The notes beneath the pieces are model-generated. The model did not search any database. It was not told where the DNA came from and saw only the letters and a program-made list of their open reading frames with translations. Positions 18,504 through 28,308 of a DNA stretch of 64,000 bases are shown here, one piece after another. Within the stretch, counting starts at the first letter, position 1. Each line of letters starts with the position of its first letter. Origin of the DNA: an uncultured Gemmatimonadales bacterium (GTDB lineage Bacteria; Gemmatimonadota; Gemmatimonadetes; Gemmatimonadales; GWC2-71-9); assembly GCA_963795085.1 (NCBI GenBank), contig CAWCFX010000001.1, positions 352,001 through 416,000 on the forward strand, in the 5' to 3' direction. Made by a program: the position numbers and the translations under genes.

Positions 18504-19767
18504 GCTCCGCCTCCCGCCAGCCGATGTCTCCCCGGAACACCTTCCCATCGAAGCGCACGGCCAGGGCACCCTGCCGGCTGCGCGCCTGTGCCTCGGCAAA
18601 GGTGGTCCCGGTGCCGGTCACCCCAAACACCCGGCCGCCGGCCACCACCAGGTTGCCCTCCTGGTTTCTCGCCGTGCCGGCATGGAAGAGATGAATGTCC
18701 GGATCGCCATGGGGGGGCAGCTGGATCAGGGCGCCCTTTTCGGGCTGGTCCGGATATCCCCGCGCGGCCAGCACCGTGGTGACCGCACAGCGGCCGCTGG
18801 TCTCCACCGGCGAAGGCGCCTGGTTGTTCGCAACCTGGCGAAGCGCCTCCAGCAGTCCCGGCTCCAGGAGGGGGAGGATGGCCTGCGTCTCCGGGTCTCC
18901 AAAACGGCAATTGAACTCCACCACCCGGGGCCGTCCGTCGCGGTCGATCATGAGCCCGGCATAGAGGAGGCCGTTGAACCGGGCGCCTTCCCGTTCCATC
19001 GCCTCCAGGGTGGGGGTGATGATCGTGGCGCCGACCGATCGCAGCAACTCCGGGGTCGCGAGAGAGACCGGGCTGTACGCGCCCATGCCGCCGGTATTCG
19101 GGCCCACATCTCTTTCGCCGAGCCGTTTGTGATCCTGGGCCGGTGGGAGCAGGAAGAAGTCCCGTCCATTGGTCAGGGCGAAGACCGAGAGTTCCTCGCC
19201 CTCCATGAACTCCTCGACCACCACCTCCGCGCCCGCCTCACCCAGCGAGCGGTCCGCCATCATGGTGCGAAGGGCCTGCCCCGCCTCATCGCGGGTAGAG
19301 CAGACGACGGCACCCTTGCCGGCGGCCAGCCCGGACGCCTTGACCACCAGCGGCTCCTCGTGCTGGCCGACATACGCGAGGGCGGCGTCGAGATCGGTAA
19401 AGGTCCTGCTGGCGGCGGTGGGCACGCCGGCTCGCTCCATGAGCCCCTTGGCAAACGACTTGGATGACTCGATGCGGGCGGCGGCGGCGCTGGGGCCGAA
19501 GACCGGGATTCCCCGCGCCCGCAGCCGGTCCGCCAGCCCCAGGGCGAGCGGGACTTCGGGTCCCACGATCACCAGGTGAATCCCGAGTTCCAGCGCCGCG
19601 ATTTCAATTCCCGCGATATCGTCCGCGGCGATCGGGAGCAGGGCGGCCACGCTGGCCATCCCCGGGTTACCGGGCGCGGCATAGAGCCGGACCCCGGGAT
19701 CGTCCCGGTGCACCGCCCAGGCGAGCGCGTGCTCCCGGCCCCCCGCGCCTACTAACAGAATGTTCAT
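18481..19767 (-). CDS. purD: Phosphoribosylamine-glycine ligase
   Basis: MNILLVGAGGREHALAW, APGNPG, KASGLAAGKG, QDHKRL...GPNTGGMGAYSP, EFNCRFGDPETQ. Confidence 0.97.
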   Translation of the reverse strand: MNILLVGAGGREHALAWAVHRDDPGVRLYAAPGNPGMASVAALLPIAADDIAGIEIAALELGIHLVIVGPEVPLALGLADRLRARGIPVFGPSAAAARIESSKSFAKGLMERAGVPTAASRTFTDLDAALAYVGQHEEPLVVKASGLAAGKGAVVCSTRDEAGQALRTMMADRSLGEAGAEVVVEEFMEGEELSVFALTNGRDFFLLPPAQDHKRLGERDVGPNTGGMGAYSPVSLATPELLRSVGATIITPTLEAMEREGARFNGLLYAGLMIDRDGRPRVVEFNCRFGDPETQAILPLLEPGLLEALRQVANNQAPSPVETSGRCAVTTVLAARGYPDQPEKGALIQLPPHGDPDIHLFHAGTARNQEGNLVVAGGRVFGVTGTGTTFAEAQARSRQGALAVRFDGKVFRGDIGWREAERAGTPGG

Positions 19768-19897
19768 TCGGGCTGAATGCCTCCGCAGGCTGGCTGGTCC
19801 TCGTGTGAGAAGAAGAATAATCTCAAACGTCTCCCTGCCGCGCAGGCAGTTCCAGGCGGGTTTACTTTCGCGCAGGGCTCGCACCGAGGGACCGCTG

Positions 19898-20420
19898 ATG
19901 AGAATTTCCATCCCGACAGTCGCATACCTCTGGCTCGGTCTTGCCCCGGGCGCCCTGGCCGCCCAGGACCTCCGGGCGATCCCCGATAGCCCGGCGCAGG
20001 CCTACTATGACTGGTGGATCGGCCGCTGGCAGCAGGAAACCGAGGGCAGAATCGATTCAACCGGAAATCAGTTCCTGGTGACCCGGGCCCCCTCCGGCGC
20101 GATCGTTGAATACTGACTCGGCTCGTGGGGAACCGGCATTCCGGGCGACCGGCCTCCGGTCGTTCGACAAGGCGTGGAACCGGTGGATGTATGTCTGGAC
20201 CAGCAGTGAGGGGCATTTCCAGGTCTGGGAGGAGCGGCGGGTCGGCGAGCGGTGGTACATGTACCGGGAGTTTGACATCGCGGGCGACCGATACCTCTCC
20301 CGCCAGGCATGGCTCCCGGAGGGAGCCAATCGCCTCACGCGCATCAGCGAAAAGTCCTACGATGGCGGCGTCACCTGGCAGCCACGGTTCCGGGAGACCT
20401 ACGTGCGGGTCCCGGCTGAT
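19898..20420 (+). pseudogene. Frameshifted secreted Trp-rich protein (DUF1579-like)
   Basis: SD GAGGG, ATG 19898 and signal peptide; TGA at 20114-20116; protein-like sequence continues in another frame (RATGLRSFDKAWNRWMYVWT...SYDGGVTW) with no nearby stop. Confidence 0.6.
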
Positions 20421-20447
20421 GCCGGGCGGAACCGTGGGGCTTGCTTT

Positions 20448-21461
20448 CTACTTTTGCCGCCCTTTCCGGAAGGCCTCCCCCACCCGTCCGGCGGCATCCT
20501 TGGCCGCCTGGGCTACCTTGCCGGCGGTCTCCCGTGCTTCCCGCGCGTAATAGCTGCCGGCCTCCGCCATTTCTTCCCGGATGGGGCGCCCCTGGTCGGT
20601 GCCGCTCCGCCGGGGATACTCACCCCGCAGGATTCGGTCGTACTCCCCGCTGGTGACCCACTGCTGCAGCTCGGCGGCGCGCACCGTGTTCATCGGGTGG
20701 GTGAGGCCGAGCGTGTTGATGATCTTGTAGACCACCGCGAGCCCATCGTTCGCATCGCCGTACTCTCTGGCCTGCGCCATGAAAGCGTCCACGTTCATCT
20801 GGTCGGTAAAACCGATGTCCCGGCTGCCCCCGGCCGCCTTCATGTGCAGGCTCTGCGAGGCCATGAAGTCCTGCCCGCCCAGGAGGCCCGCCCGGTCCGA
20901 GGACAGCTCCGACTTCCGGGACCATTCCAGGAACGCCAGCTTGACGGGCAGGATCGCCAGCCCGGCCAGGAAGGGCAGGGCGCCGAGGCTGACCATGGCC
21001 AGGATCGCGGCGATAGTGCGGTAGAAGGCGTGGCCGCTTACCACGTGCCCCATCTCATGCGCGATCAGGGTGCGTACCTCGTCCTCGTTCAAAATTTCCA
21101 GCGCGCTCGAATTGAGCACGATGAACGGGTTATCGACGCCGTAGGCACCGGCGTTGAAGAACGGTGTCTGGGAGACGAACAACTCGGGGATCGTCGGCCA
21201 GTCGAAGGTGGTGCAGACCTCGACATGCAGGGCCCAGATGCGGGGGAACTGGTGGGGGCCAGCCTTCACCGCGTTGCCTTGGAAGAGCAGCCGGATGCCC
21301 CGCTCTCCGCCCAGTGCCGAAAGGATCTTGCGGACGACGTCCTCGAAGCCCGGCACACTGCGCAGGGCCTGCAGGGCAGCACGGTCGGCGGGGTGCTCCC
21401 ACGCCGAAGGTGCAATGTCGGGGAAGGCCCGCCGCGGGCGGGGGGCAAGCGAAGTGCTCAT
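20448..21461 (-). CDS. M48-family Zn metalloprotease
   Basis: WEHPADR, FNAGAYG, AHEMGH, WSRKSELSSDRAG, THP. Confidence 0.9.
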   Translation of the reverse strand: MSTSLAPRPRRAFPDIAPSAWEHPADRAALQALRSVPGFEDVVRKILSALGGERGIRLLFQGNAVKAGPHQFPRIWALHVEVCTTFDWPTIPELFVSQTPFFNAGAYGVDNPFIVLNSSALEILNEDEVRTLIAHEMGHVVSGHAFYRTIAAILAMVSLGALPFLAGLAILPVKLAFLEWSRKSELSSDRAGLLGGQDFMASQSLHMKAAGGSRDIGFTDQMNVDAFMAQAREYGDANDGLAVVYKIINTLGLTHPMNTVRAAELQQWVTSGEYDRILRGEYPRRSGTDQGRPIREEMAEAGSYYAREARETAGKVAQAAKDAAGRVGEAFRKGRQK

Positions 21462-21527
21462 AGGTAACTCATCGAGAGAGGTCTCACCCGTACGCGGCCA
21501 TTGGCCGCGGGTTTCAGGTTGCTACAT

Positions 21528-22706
21528 TCAGGCTAGTCCAGCCCCCCTGAAGGCCTGATCCAGGTCGGCGATCAGGTCGGCGGCGTCCTCGATGCCGCAG
21601 CTCAGCCGGACCAGGCTGTCGGTCAGTCCCATCTTGCGCCGCAGTTCGGCCGGCACGGACGCATGGGTCATGGAGGCGGGGTGACCGATCAGGCTTTCGA
21701 CCCCTCCCAGGGATTCCGCGAGACGGAAGAGGTGGGTGCCCTCTACAACCCTTCGGGCCACGGCCGGGTCTCCCAGCTCGATGGAGATCATTCCGCCAAA
21801 GCCGCTCATCTGGCGGCTGGCCAGTTTGAACTGGGGATGATCGGGCAGGCCGGGGTAGTAGATCTTCCGCACGGCCGGCAGGTTGCCGAGCCACTCGGCG
21901 ATGCAGCGCCCGTTGGTGTCGTGCTGGCGCATCCGGAGCGCCAGCGTCTTGGTGCCCCGGAGGGCGAGCCAGCAGTCCATGGGGCCGGGTACCGCACCGG
22001 AGGCGTTCTGGAGGAAGCCGAGCCGCTCAGCCAGGTCTTCACGGCGCACGAGGACGATTCCGCCGACCATGTCACTATGGCCGTTGAGGTACTTGGTGGT
22101 GGAGTGCAGGACCACGTCGGCGCCCACTTCGAGCGGCCGCTGGAAGATGGGGGTGGCGAAGGTGTTATCCACGACGAGGAGCAGTCCGCGTGCCTGGCAG
22201 ATGTCGGCGAGGGCCTGGAGATCGTAGATCGCCATCATCGGGTTGGTCGGGGTCTCGCAGAAGACCATCCGGGTGGCCGGGGTGATGGCCGCGGCGACAT
22301 TGTCGGCGGACTGCATGTCCACGAAACTGAAGCGCATGCCCATCCGGGCATAGATCTGTTCCATCATGCGGTGGGTACCGCCGTACACGTTCTCGCCGCA
22401 GATGACGTGGTCGCCACTCCCCAGCAGCTTCAGGACGGCGTCAATGGAGGCAAGGCCGGAACTGAAGGCGAAGCCGAACTCTCCGGACTCGAGGTCGGCG
22501 ACATTTCGCTCCAGGGCCTCCCGGGTGGGGTTCTGGGTGCGGGCGTACTCGTAGCCCTTGTGGCGGCCCAGACCTTCCTGGACGTAGGTGGAGGTCTGAT
22601 ATATTGGGGTCATGACCGCCCCGGTGGTCGGGTCCGGGGTCTGGCCTGCGTGGACGGCGCGGGTGGCGAGGCGCCTGCCGGTCTGGTCGTTGGTGATCCG
22701 TGTCAC
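21528..22706 (-). CDS. Cystathionine gamma-lyase/synthase (Cys/Met PLP enzyme)
   Basis: TPIYQTSTY, YEYARTQNPTR, ETPTNP, VDNTFATP, HSTTKYLNGHSD, LAESLGGVESL; start uncertain (GTG 22706 or 22745). Confidence 0.93.
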   Translation of the reverse strand: MTRITNDQTGRRLATRAVHAGQTPDPTTGAVMTPIYQTSTYVQEGLGRHKGYEYARTQNPTREALERNVADLESGEFGFAFSSGLASIDAVLKLLGSGDHVICGENVYGGTHRMMEQIYARMGMRFSFVDMQSADNVAAAITPATRMVFCETPTNPMMAIYDLQALADICQARGLLLVVDNTFATPIFQRPLEVGADVVLHSTTKYLNGHSDMVGGIVLVRREDLAERLGFLQNASGAVPGPMDCWLALRGTKTLALRMRQHDTNGRCIAEWLGNLPAVRKIYYPGLPDHPQFKLASRQMSGFGGMISIELGDPAVARRVVEGTHLFRLAESLGGVESLIGHPASMTHASVPAELRRKMGLTDSLVRLSCGIEDAADLIADLDQAFRGAGLA

Positions 22707-22802
22707 AGTCGTCCCGGGATAGAGTTTGTGATATTTGGCCGCCACGAACTCTATTCCTGCTCACATTCTGCGGCAAGCTGGTAGCGCACGGCACTTCCGA
22801 AA

Positions 22803-23873
22803 GTGTTGGGAGGCCGGATCACGTTGTCCTGCAAGGGGGTTACGATTACGGAAACCGCACACTGCCTGGTGGTGGACGACGATGCCCAGATTCGGCGGGC
22901 GCTGTCGCGCGCCATTGAGAGCCAGGGCCTGGCCTGCGTGGAAGCGGGATCGGGCCTGGAGGGGCTCGATCTCCTGGCCCAACTCGGGTCGGTCCCCCTC
23001 GTCATTACCGACATTCACATGCCGGGGATGGACGGGCTGGAGTTCCTTCGCGAACTCCGGTCCCGGTACCCTGATACTGCGGTCATCATGCTGACGGCGG
23101 TCGCGGAAGTCCGCACCGCGGTCACCTGCCTCCAGATGGGGGCCATGGACTACATCGCCAAGCCGGTGGTAATCGATGAAGTCCGGGCCCGGGTGAGCCA
23201 GGCGCTGGAACGCCGCAACCTGATCCTGCAGAACCGGTTCTATCAGAAGCACCTGGAATCCCGGGTCAAACAGCAGGCCCAGAAGATCAAGGACATCTTC
23301 CTCCTGGGGGTGCAGTCGCTGGTCCACGCGCTGGAGGCAAAGGACCCTTACACGCGTGGCCACTCCAGGCGGGTGAGCAATTACGCGGTCAAGACGGCGG
23401 TCCGGCTGGGTTACACCGGCGACGCCCTCGAGGAAATCCGGCTGGGCGGGGAACTGCACGATATCGGCAAGATCGACACGCCCGAATCCATCCTGAACAA
23501 ACCGGGCCCGCTGGACCCCGAGGAGTTCGACCGGGTGGTCCGCCATACGGTGCTGGGCGAGCGGATCCTGGCACCTTTCGTCCAGGAATCGCCGGCGGTG
23601 CTCCGGGTGGTCCGGTCCCATCATGAACGGATGGACGGCGGAGGCTTTCCCGACGGACTGGTGGGCGAGGCCATCCCGATGGAGGCGCGGATCGTTGCGG
23701 TGGCCGATGCCTTCGATGCCATGACCACGCAGCGGGCCTACCGTCCGCCGCGGACGCCGCAGGCCGCGCTGGAAGAGTTGCTCCGGTGCGCCGGCTGCCA
23801 TTTTGATCCCGCCGTCGTTGAAGCGTTCTGCGCCGCCTACCCCGACCTGGCCGCCGCTCCGGTGGACGCCTGA
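22803..23873 (+). CDS. REC-HD-GYP response regulator (cyclic dinucleotide phosphodiesterase, RpfG type)
   Basis: VVDDD...TDIHMPGMDG receiver; EAKDPYTRGHS, LHDIGK, HHERMDGGGFPDGL, VADAFDAMT; start uncertain. Confidence 0.92.
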   Translation: MLGGRITLSCKGVTITETAHCLVVDDDAQIRRALSRAIESQGLACVEAGSGLEGLDLLAQLGSVPLVITDIHMPGMDGLEFLRELRSRYPDTAVIMLTAVAEVRTAVTCLQMGAMDYIAKPVVIDEVRARVSQALERRNLILQNRFYQKHLESRVKQQAQKIKDIFLLGVQSLVHALEAKDPYTRGHSRRVSNYAVKTAVRLGYTGDALEEIRLGGELHDIGKIDTPESILNKPGPLDPEEFDRVVRHTVLGERILAPFVQESPAVLRVVRSHHERMDGGGFPDGLVGEAIPMEARIVAVADAFDAMTTQRAYRPPRTPQAALEELLRCAGCHFDPAVVEAFCAAYPDLAAAPVDA

Positions 23874-23933
23874 ACCAACCTACTCCCCGCGCCGTGGTCC
23901 CGCCGCCATTGGGACGGGACTATCTTGCCCGGC

Positions 23934-25304
23934 ATGTCTGACACCCTGATGATCAGCGTTTCCGGGATGCGCGGCATCGTCGGAAAGGATCTCACTCCCG
24001 AGCTGGTCGCGCGGCACGCGGCGGCGCTGGGCGCTTGGGCCCGGGGCCGGGGCCAGCCCCGGGTGGTCATCGGGCGGGATGCCCGGACCAGCGGGCCCAT
24101 GTTCGCGCGGGCGGCGACCGCCGGCTTCATGTCGGTCGGCTGCGAGGTCGTGGATGTGGGCATGGTGCCGACGCCGACGGTCCAGCTGGCCGTTGAATAC
24201 CACCACGCAGGCGCCGGCCTGATCCTGACCGCCAGCCATAATCCGATCGAATGGAACGCGCTCAAGCTGATCGGCCCCGACGGCATCTTCCTCGATGGCG
24301 AAGCCGGTGCGGCGGTGCGGGCCCTGGCCGACCGGGGGCCGGAACGCGTGGACTGGAGCGGCATCGGGGCGGTGCGCGAAGACCGGGATGCCATTGCGCG
24401 ACACCTCCAGTTGGTGGTGGACCTTCCGCTCATTGACCTCCCAGCCATCCGCAAACGCCGGTTTCACGTGGCGCTGGATTGTGTGCGGGGGGCCGGCGGT
24501 ACCACCATGCCCGACCTATTGGACCGGCTGGGTTGCCAGGTCAGCGCCATAAACCTGGAGACCGATGGCCGGTTCCCCCGGCCGCCCGAGCCGCTGCCGG
24601 AGAACCTCGCCGACCTTTCCGCGCTGGTCCGCGCCACCGGCGCCGACATCGGCTTTGCCGTGGATCCGGACGTGGACCGGCTGGCCGTGGTGGACGAGAC
24701 CGGCCATCCGGTCGGTGAGGACTACACCCTGGCCTTCGCCGTTCGCGCCGTATTGGGGGGACAGGTGGGGAATGGACGCCACGACATGCCGGCCGTCGTG
24801 GCGAACCTGTCCACCAGCCTGGTCGTCGAGAATGCGGCGACCGAATTGGGCGCCCGGTTCCATCGGGCCCCCGTCGGAGAGGCCAACGTGGCCCGCACCA
24901 TCCAGGAAACGGCGGCCCTGATCGGGGGGGAAGGGAATGGCGGGGTGATTCTTCCTTCCCTGCACATTGGTCGGGATGCCCCCGTGGGGGTGGCGTTAAT
25001 ATTGCATCTGCTGGCGCGGACGGAACGCACTGTCTCGGAGATCGTCGCGCTGGCTCCCAGGTATACGATCGTGAAGGGTAAGGGGCCACGAGGCAAGGAC
25101 TTAAAGCCTGTGTACCGGGCATTACGCGAGCGATTCCCGGAGGCCAGCGCCGATGACCGAGACGGGCTTCGGCTGGCCTGGCCAGACCGGTGGGTGCACC
25201 TCCGGCCCTCCGGCACCGAACCGATCATCCGGTTCATCGCCGAGGCTCCGACCAGGGACGATGCCGACCGGCTCATTGAGGTCTGCCAGCAACTCTTAGC
25301 CTAG
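23934..25304 (+). CDS. glmM: Phosphoglucosamine mutase / phosphohexomutase
   Basis: SVSGMRG, TASHNP, DPDVDR, VGEANV, GGEGNGG, RPSGTEP; directly upstream of glmS. Confidence 0.85.
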   Translation: MSDTLMISVSGMRGIVGKDLTPELVARHAAALGAWARGRGQPRVVIGRDARTSGPMFARAATAGFMSVGCEVVDVGMVPTPTVQLAVEYHHAGAGLILTASHNPIEWNALKLIGPDGIFLDGEAGAAVRALADRGPERVDWSGIGAVREDRDAIARHLQLVVDLPLIDLPAIRKRRFHVALDCVRGAGGTTMPDLLDRLGCQVSAINLETDGRFPRPPEPLPENLADLSALVRATGADIGFAVDPDVDRLAVVDETGHPVGEDYTLAFAVRAVLGGQVGNGRHDMPAVVANLSTSLVVENAATELGARFHRAPVGEANVARTIQETAALIGGEGNGGVILPSLHIGRDAPVGVALILHLLARTERTVSEIVALAPRYTIVKGKGPRGKDLKPVYRALRERFPEASADDRDGLRLAWPDRWVHLRPSGTEPIIRFIAEAPTRDDADRLIEVCQQLLA

Positions 25305-25315
25305 GAACGCCTTCG

Positions 25316-27139
25316 ATGTGTGGGATTGTCGGATACGTGGGACCCCGCCAGGCTGCCAGTCTGCTGATTGACGGTCTCCGCCGGATGGAATATCGCGGTT
25401 ACGATTCCGCGGGACTCGCCGTGGTCAACGGCGGTCTCACGATCGTCAAGGCGGCGGGCAAGCTCTCGATGCTGGAACAGCAGCTGGACGGGCAGAGCCC
25501 GGAAGGCACGCTCGGCATCGGCCATACCCGATGGGCCACCCACGGCGCGCCCAATACCATCAACGCGCACCCCCATACCGACCAGTCCGGCAAGATCGCC
25601 ATCATTCACAACGGCATCATCGAAAACTCCCGGGCGATCCGCACCGCGCTGGAGCAGCGGGGCCACGGTTTCACTTCCCAGACCGACACCGAGGTGCTGG
25701 CGCACCTGATCGGCGAGCTCTACAACGGCAGCCTGGAAGAGGCGGTTGCCGCCGCGCTCCGCGAAGTGGACGGGGCCTACGGCATCGCGGTGATCAGTTC
25801 CGACGAACCGGACGTCATCGTCGCGGCCCGGAATGGTTCGCCGCTCCTGGTCGGGGTCGGCGAGGACGAGTATTTCGTGGCCTCCGACGCTTCAGCGGTT
25901 CTCGAGCACACCCGGTCGGTGGTCTACCTGGACGACGGTGAAATGGTGGTGCTCACCCGGGACGGCTACCACGTGCGGGATCTGGAGGCCACCCGGATAG
26001 AGAAGCCGATCAACCAGATCGAGTGGGACCTGGCCACCATCGAGCGGGGCGGCTACCCCCACTTCATGTTGAAGGAGATCTGCGAGCAGGCCGAGAGCGT
26101 GGAGAACACCCTGCGTGGGCATCTCCTGGAAGATGAAGGCACCGCCCGGGTGAGCGGCCTCAATCTCTCCGACGACGACATCAAGAACATCGACCGGATC
26201 ATCATCACTGCCTGCGGCACCTCCTGGCATTCCGGCCTGATCGGCGAATATATGATGGAGGAACTGGCGCGCATCCCGGTGGAAGTGGAATACGCGTCCG
26301 AGTTCCGCTACCGGAACCCGGTGGTGGACGACCGCACCCTGGTGATCGGCATTTCCCAGTCGGGCGAGACCGCCGACACCCTGGCCGCGATCCGCGAAGC
26401 CAAGCGCCGGGGCGCCCGGACCATCGGGGTGGTCAACGTGGTGGGCTCGACCATCGCCCGCGAAGTGGACGGCGGCATCTACCTGCATGCCGGCCCCGAA
26501 GTCGGTGTCGCCAGCACCAAGGCCTTCACCAGCCAGGTGGCGGCGCTGGCCCTGATCACGCTTCGGTTCGCCCGGCTGCGGCACCTGAGCATTCTCCAGG
26601 GCCGGCAGTTCATCGAAAGCCTGAAGGCGCTTCCCGGTCTCATCAAGGAAACGCTGGAACGCAGCTCCGAAGTCGAGGCGCTCGCCAAGAAGTACTGGAA
26701 GGCCAACAACGTGCTGTACCTGGGCCGGGGGGTGAACTTCCCGGTGGCCCTCGAAGGGGCGCTCAAGCTCAAGGAAATCTCGTATATCCACGCCGAGGGA
26801 TACCCGGCGGCCGAAATGAAGCACGGGCCGATCGCGCTGATTGACGAGAACATGCCGGTCGTGTTCATCGCGCCCAAGGACGCGGTGCACAGCAAGATCG
26901 TGTCGAACGTGGAAGAGGTCAGAGCGCGGGGCGGGCAGGTGATCGCGCTGGTCAACGACGGGGACGGGGAGATCGGCAGGCTGGCGGAGGATACCTTCAC
27001 GCTGCCGGTGACCACGGACCTGCTGACGCCGATCCTCACCAGTATCCCGCTGCAGCTGTTTTCCTACTACGTCGCGGTGCTCCGGGGTTGCAACGTGGAC
27101 CAGCCTCGTAACCTGGCCAAGTCGGTCACCGTCGAGTAA
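25316..27139 (+). CDS. glmS: Glutamine-fructose-6-phosphate transaminase
   Basis: MCGIVG, EYRGYDSAG, GHTRWATHG, SQSGETADT, VDQPRNLAKSVTVE. Confidence 0.98.
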   Translation: MCGIVGYVGPRQAASLLIDGLRRMEYRGYDSAGLAVVNGGLTIVKAAGKLSMLEQQLDGQSPEGTLGIGHTRWATHGAPNTINAHPHTDQSGKIAIIHNGIIENSRAIRTALEQRGHGFTSQTDTEVLAHLIGELYNGSLEEAVAAALREVDGAYGIAVISSDEPDVIVAARNGSPLLVGVGEDEYFVASDASAVLEHTRSVVYLDDGEMVVLTRDGYHVRDLEATRIEKPINQIEWDLATIERGGYPHFMLKEICEQAESVENTLRGHLLEDEGTARVSGLNLSDDDIKNIDRIIITACGTSWHSGLIGEYMMEELARIPVEVEYASEFRYRNPVVDDRTLVIGISQSGETADTLAAIREAKRRGARTIGVVNVVGSTIAREVDGGIYLHAGPEVGVASTKAFTSQVAALALITLRFARLRHLSILQGRQFIESLKALPGLIKETLERSSEVEALAKKYWKANNVLYLGRGVNFPVALEGALKLKEISYIHAEGYPAAEMKHGPIALIDENMPVVFIAPKDAVHSKIVSNVEEVRARGGQVIALVNDGDGEIGRLAEDTFTLPVTTDLLTPILTSIPLQLFSYYVAVLRGCNVDQPRNLAKSVTVE

Positions 27140-27156
27140 CCCTCGTCCCGGAAACC

Positions 27157-27190
27157 AACGCCCCCGGCCCGCCCGGGGGCGTTTATTTTT
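27157..27190 (+). terminator. Rho-independent terminator of glmS
   Basis: AACGCCCCCGG / CCGGGGGCGTT stem followed by TATTTTT. Confidence 0.8.
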
Positions 27191-27200
27191 GCCGCCCCGG

Positions 27201-28229
27201 CTAGAACCCGGCTTTGCTCCAGAGCGCGGGATAGCCGGCGTCGAGCAGGGCCCCGATCGAAAGAAGGGAGATCTCGGTGTCGTTGTTTCCCAGCCCCGAC
27301 ATCACATCGGCAAAGGCGAGCGGCCCCCAGTGCGACCCTCCGTCCAGCGCCACCTGATTTAACTCTACCCCGCCCAACCGCCGCATCGCTTCGATCGCCA
27401 TGGCTCCGGTATAGAGATTCCTGTGGAAATCATACCAGGGAGGCTGCTCTCCCTGGACCACTCCCACGAGGCCGAGGACATGCCCCATTTCGTGCAGGGC
27501 CAGGTAGGAGAGCCGCAAGCCGGGAATGCTGTCTACGGGCTTGGCGCGGTTGAGAGAAATCATGCCGAGTACCGTGGTTGGACGGGGCAGGGGACGTTGC
27601 AGGCAGGGGCCGCCGGTGGCTTCGACGTAGGTCCCGGGTGGGTACAGGCTCGACTGGCCCACGTAGATCACCACGCCCCGCTCCTCTCCAGACAGGGGCG
27701 GGGAAGGCGGCTCGCCGGGCGGGGTAGGGCAGTCCCCGCCCGGAGTGTCCAGCACCTGGGGTGCCAGCTCGCCGGCCATGACCGACTGCCAGCGCTCTGC
27801 GGCGATACCCAGCACCACCCGCCAGAGTATCGGCACGTCGGGAGCAAAGATCAGCCGGATCCGGAAGGCGCCGGTGGGCTCGCTCACTTCGACCAGCACG
27901 CTGTCGGCCGGGGTGCCGGCGCCAGTGTCGGCTATGATCCAGGTTTGCCCCGCAGACAGGGTCCGGACGATGCCACCCCTGCTGACGGTCGCGACCCCCG
28001 CTACCGAACTCCGCAGGCGATAGGCGCCATCGGCGATACCCAGCGGTCGTCCCCCGGTATCCACCGCGCTGACCATCAGCTGAAATGAATCCCGGGTCAG
28101 CAGCTTGACCGGAAAGTCGGGAAGGATGTCGAGCGATGCAATAGCCGGAACGTGGGGCTCGATCGGGCCCCGGCCGGCCTCGGCACAACCGAGCAGCAAC
28201 ATACAGCAGATTATCGTGGAGGTTCGCAC
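27201..28229 (-). CDS. Lipoprotein with Ig-like (Big_2) domain and leishmanolysin-like zinc protease domain
   Basis: Lipobox LLGC; SSVAGVATVSRGGIV..LSAGQTWI Ig-like segment; HEMGHVLG...SHW...DVMS. Confidence 0.7.
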   Translation of the reverse strand: MRTSTIICCMLLLGCAEAGRGPIEPHVPAIASLDILPDFPVKLLTRDSFQLMVSAVDTGGRPLGIADGAYRLRSSVAGVATVSRGGIVRTLSAGQTWIIADTGAGTPADSVLVEVSEPTGAFRIRLIFAPDVPILWRVVLGIAAERWQSVMAGELAPQVLDTPGGDCPTPPGEPPSPPLSGEERGVVIYVGQSSLYPPGTYVEATGGPCLQRPLPRPTTVLGMISLNRAKPVDSIPGLRLSYLALHEMGHVLGLVGVVQGEQPPWYDFHRNLYTGAMAIEAMRRLGGVELNQVALDGGSHWGPLAFADVMSGLGNNDTEISLLSIGALLDAGYPALWSKAGF

Positions 28230-28308
28230 GGTCAGCGCCCGATATGGGGGATGCCTTGATGGACGCGGAGCCTCTGTCCGGCTGCACACCCTGGCCGGGA
28301 AAAGGGTT

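Noticed and set aside
20106..21467. 453-aa plus-strand ORF as one real gene
   Set aside because: Only the first ~105 codons look protein-like; the rest is the antisense shadow of the M48 protease
22833..22847. ATT start for the HD-GYP regulator after AAGGGGG
   Set aside because: In frame and plausible, but upstream GTG/TTG starts exist and the sequence alone cannot decide
25304..25316. glmS ribozyme
   Set aside because: Only 11 nt separate glmM and glmS, leaving no room
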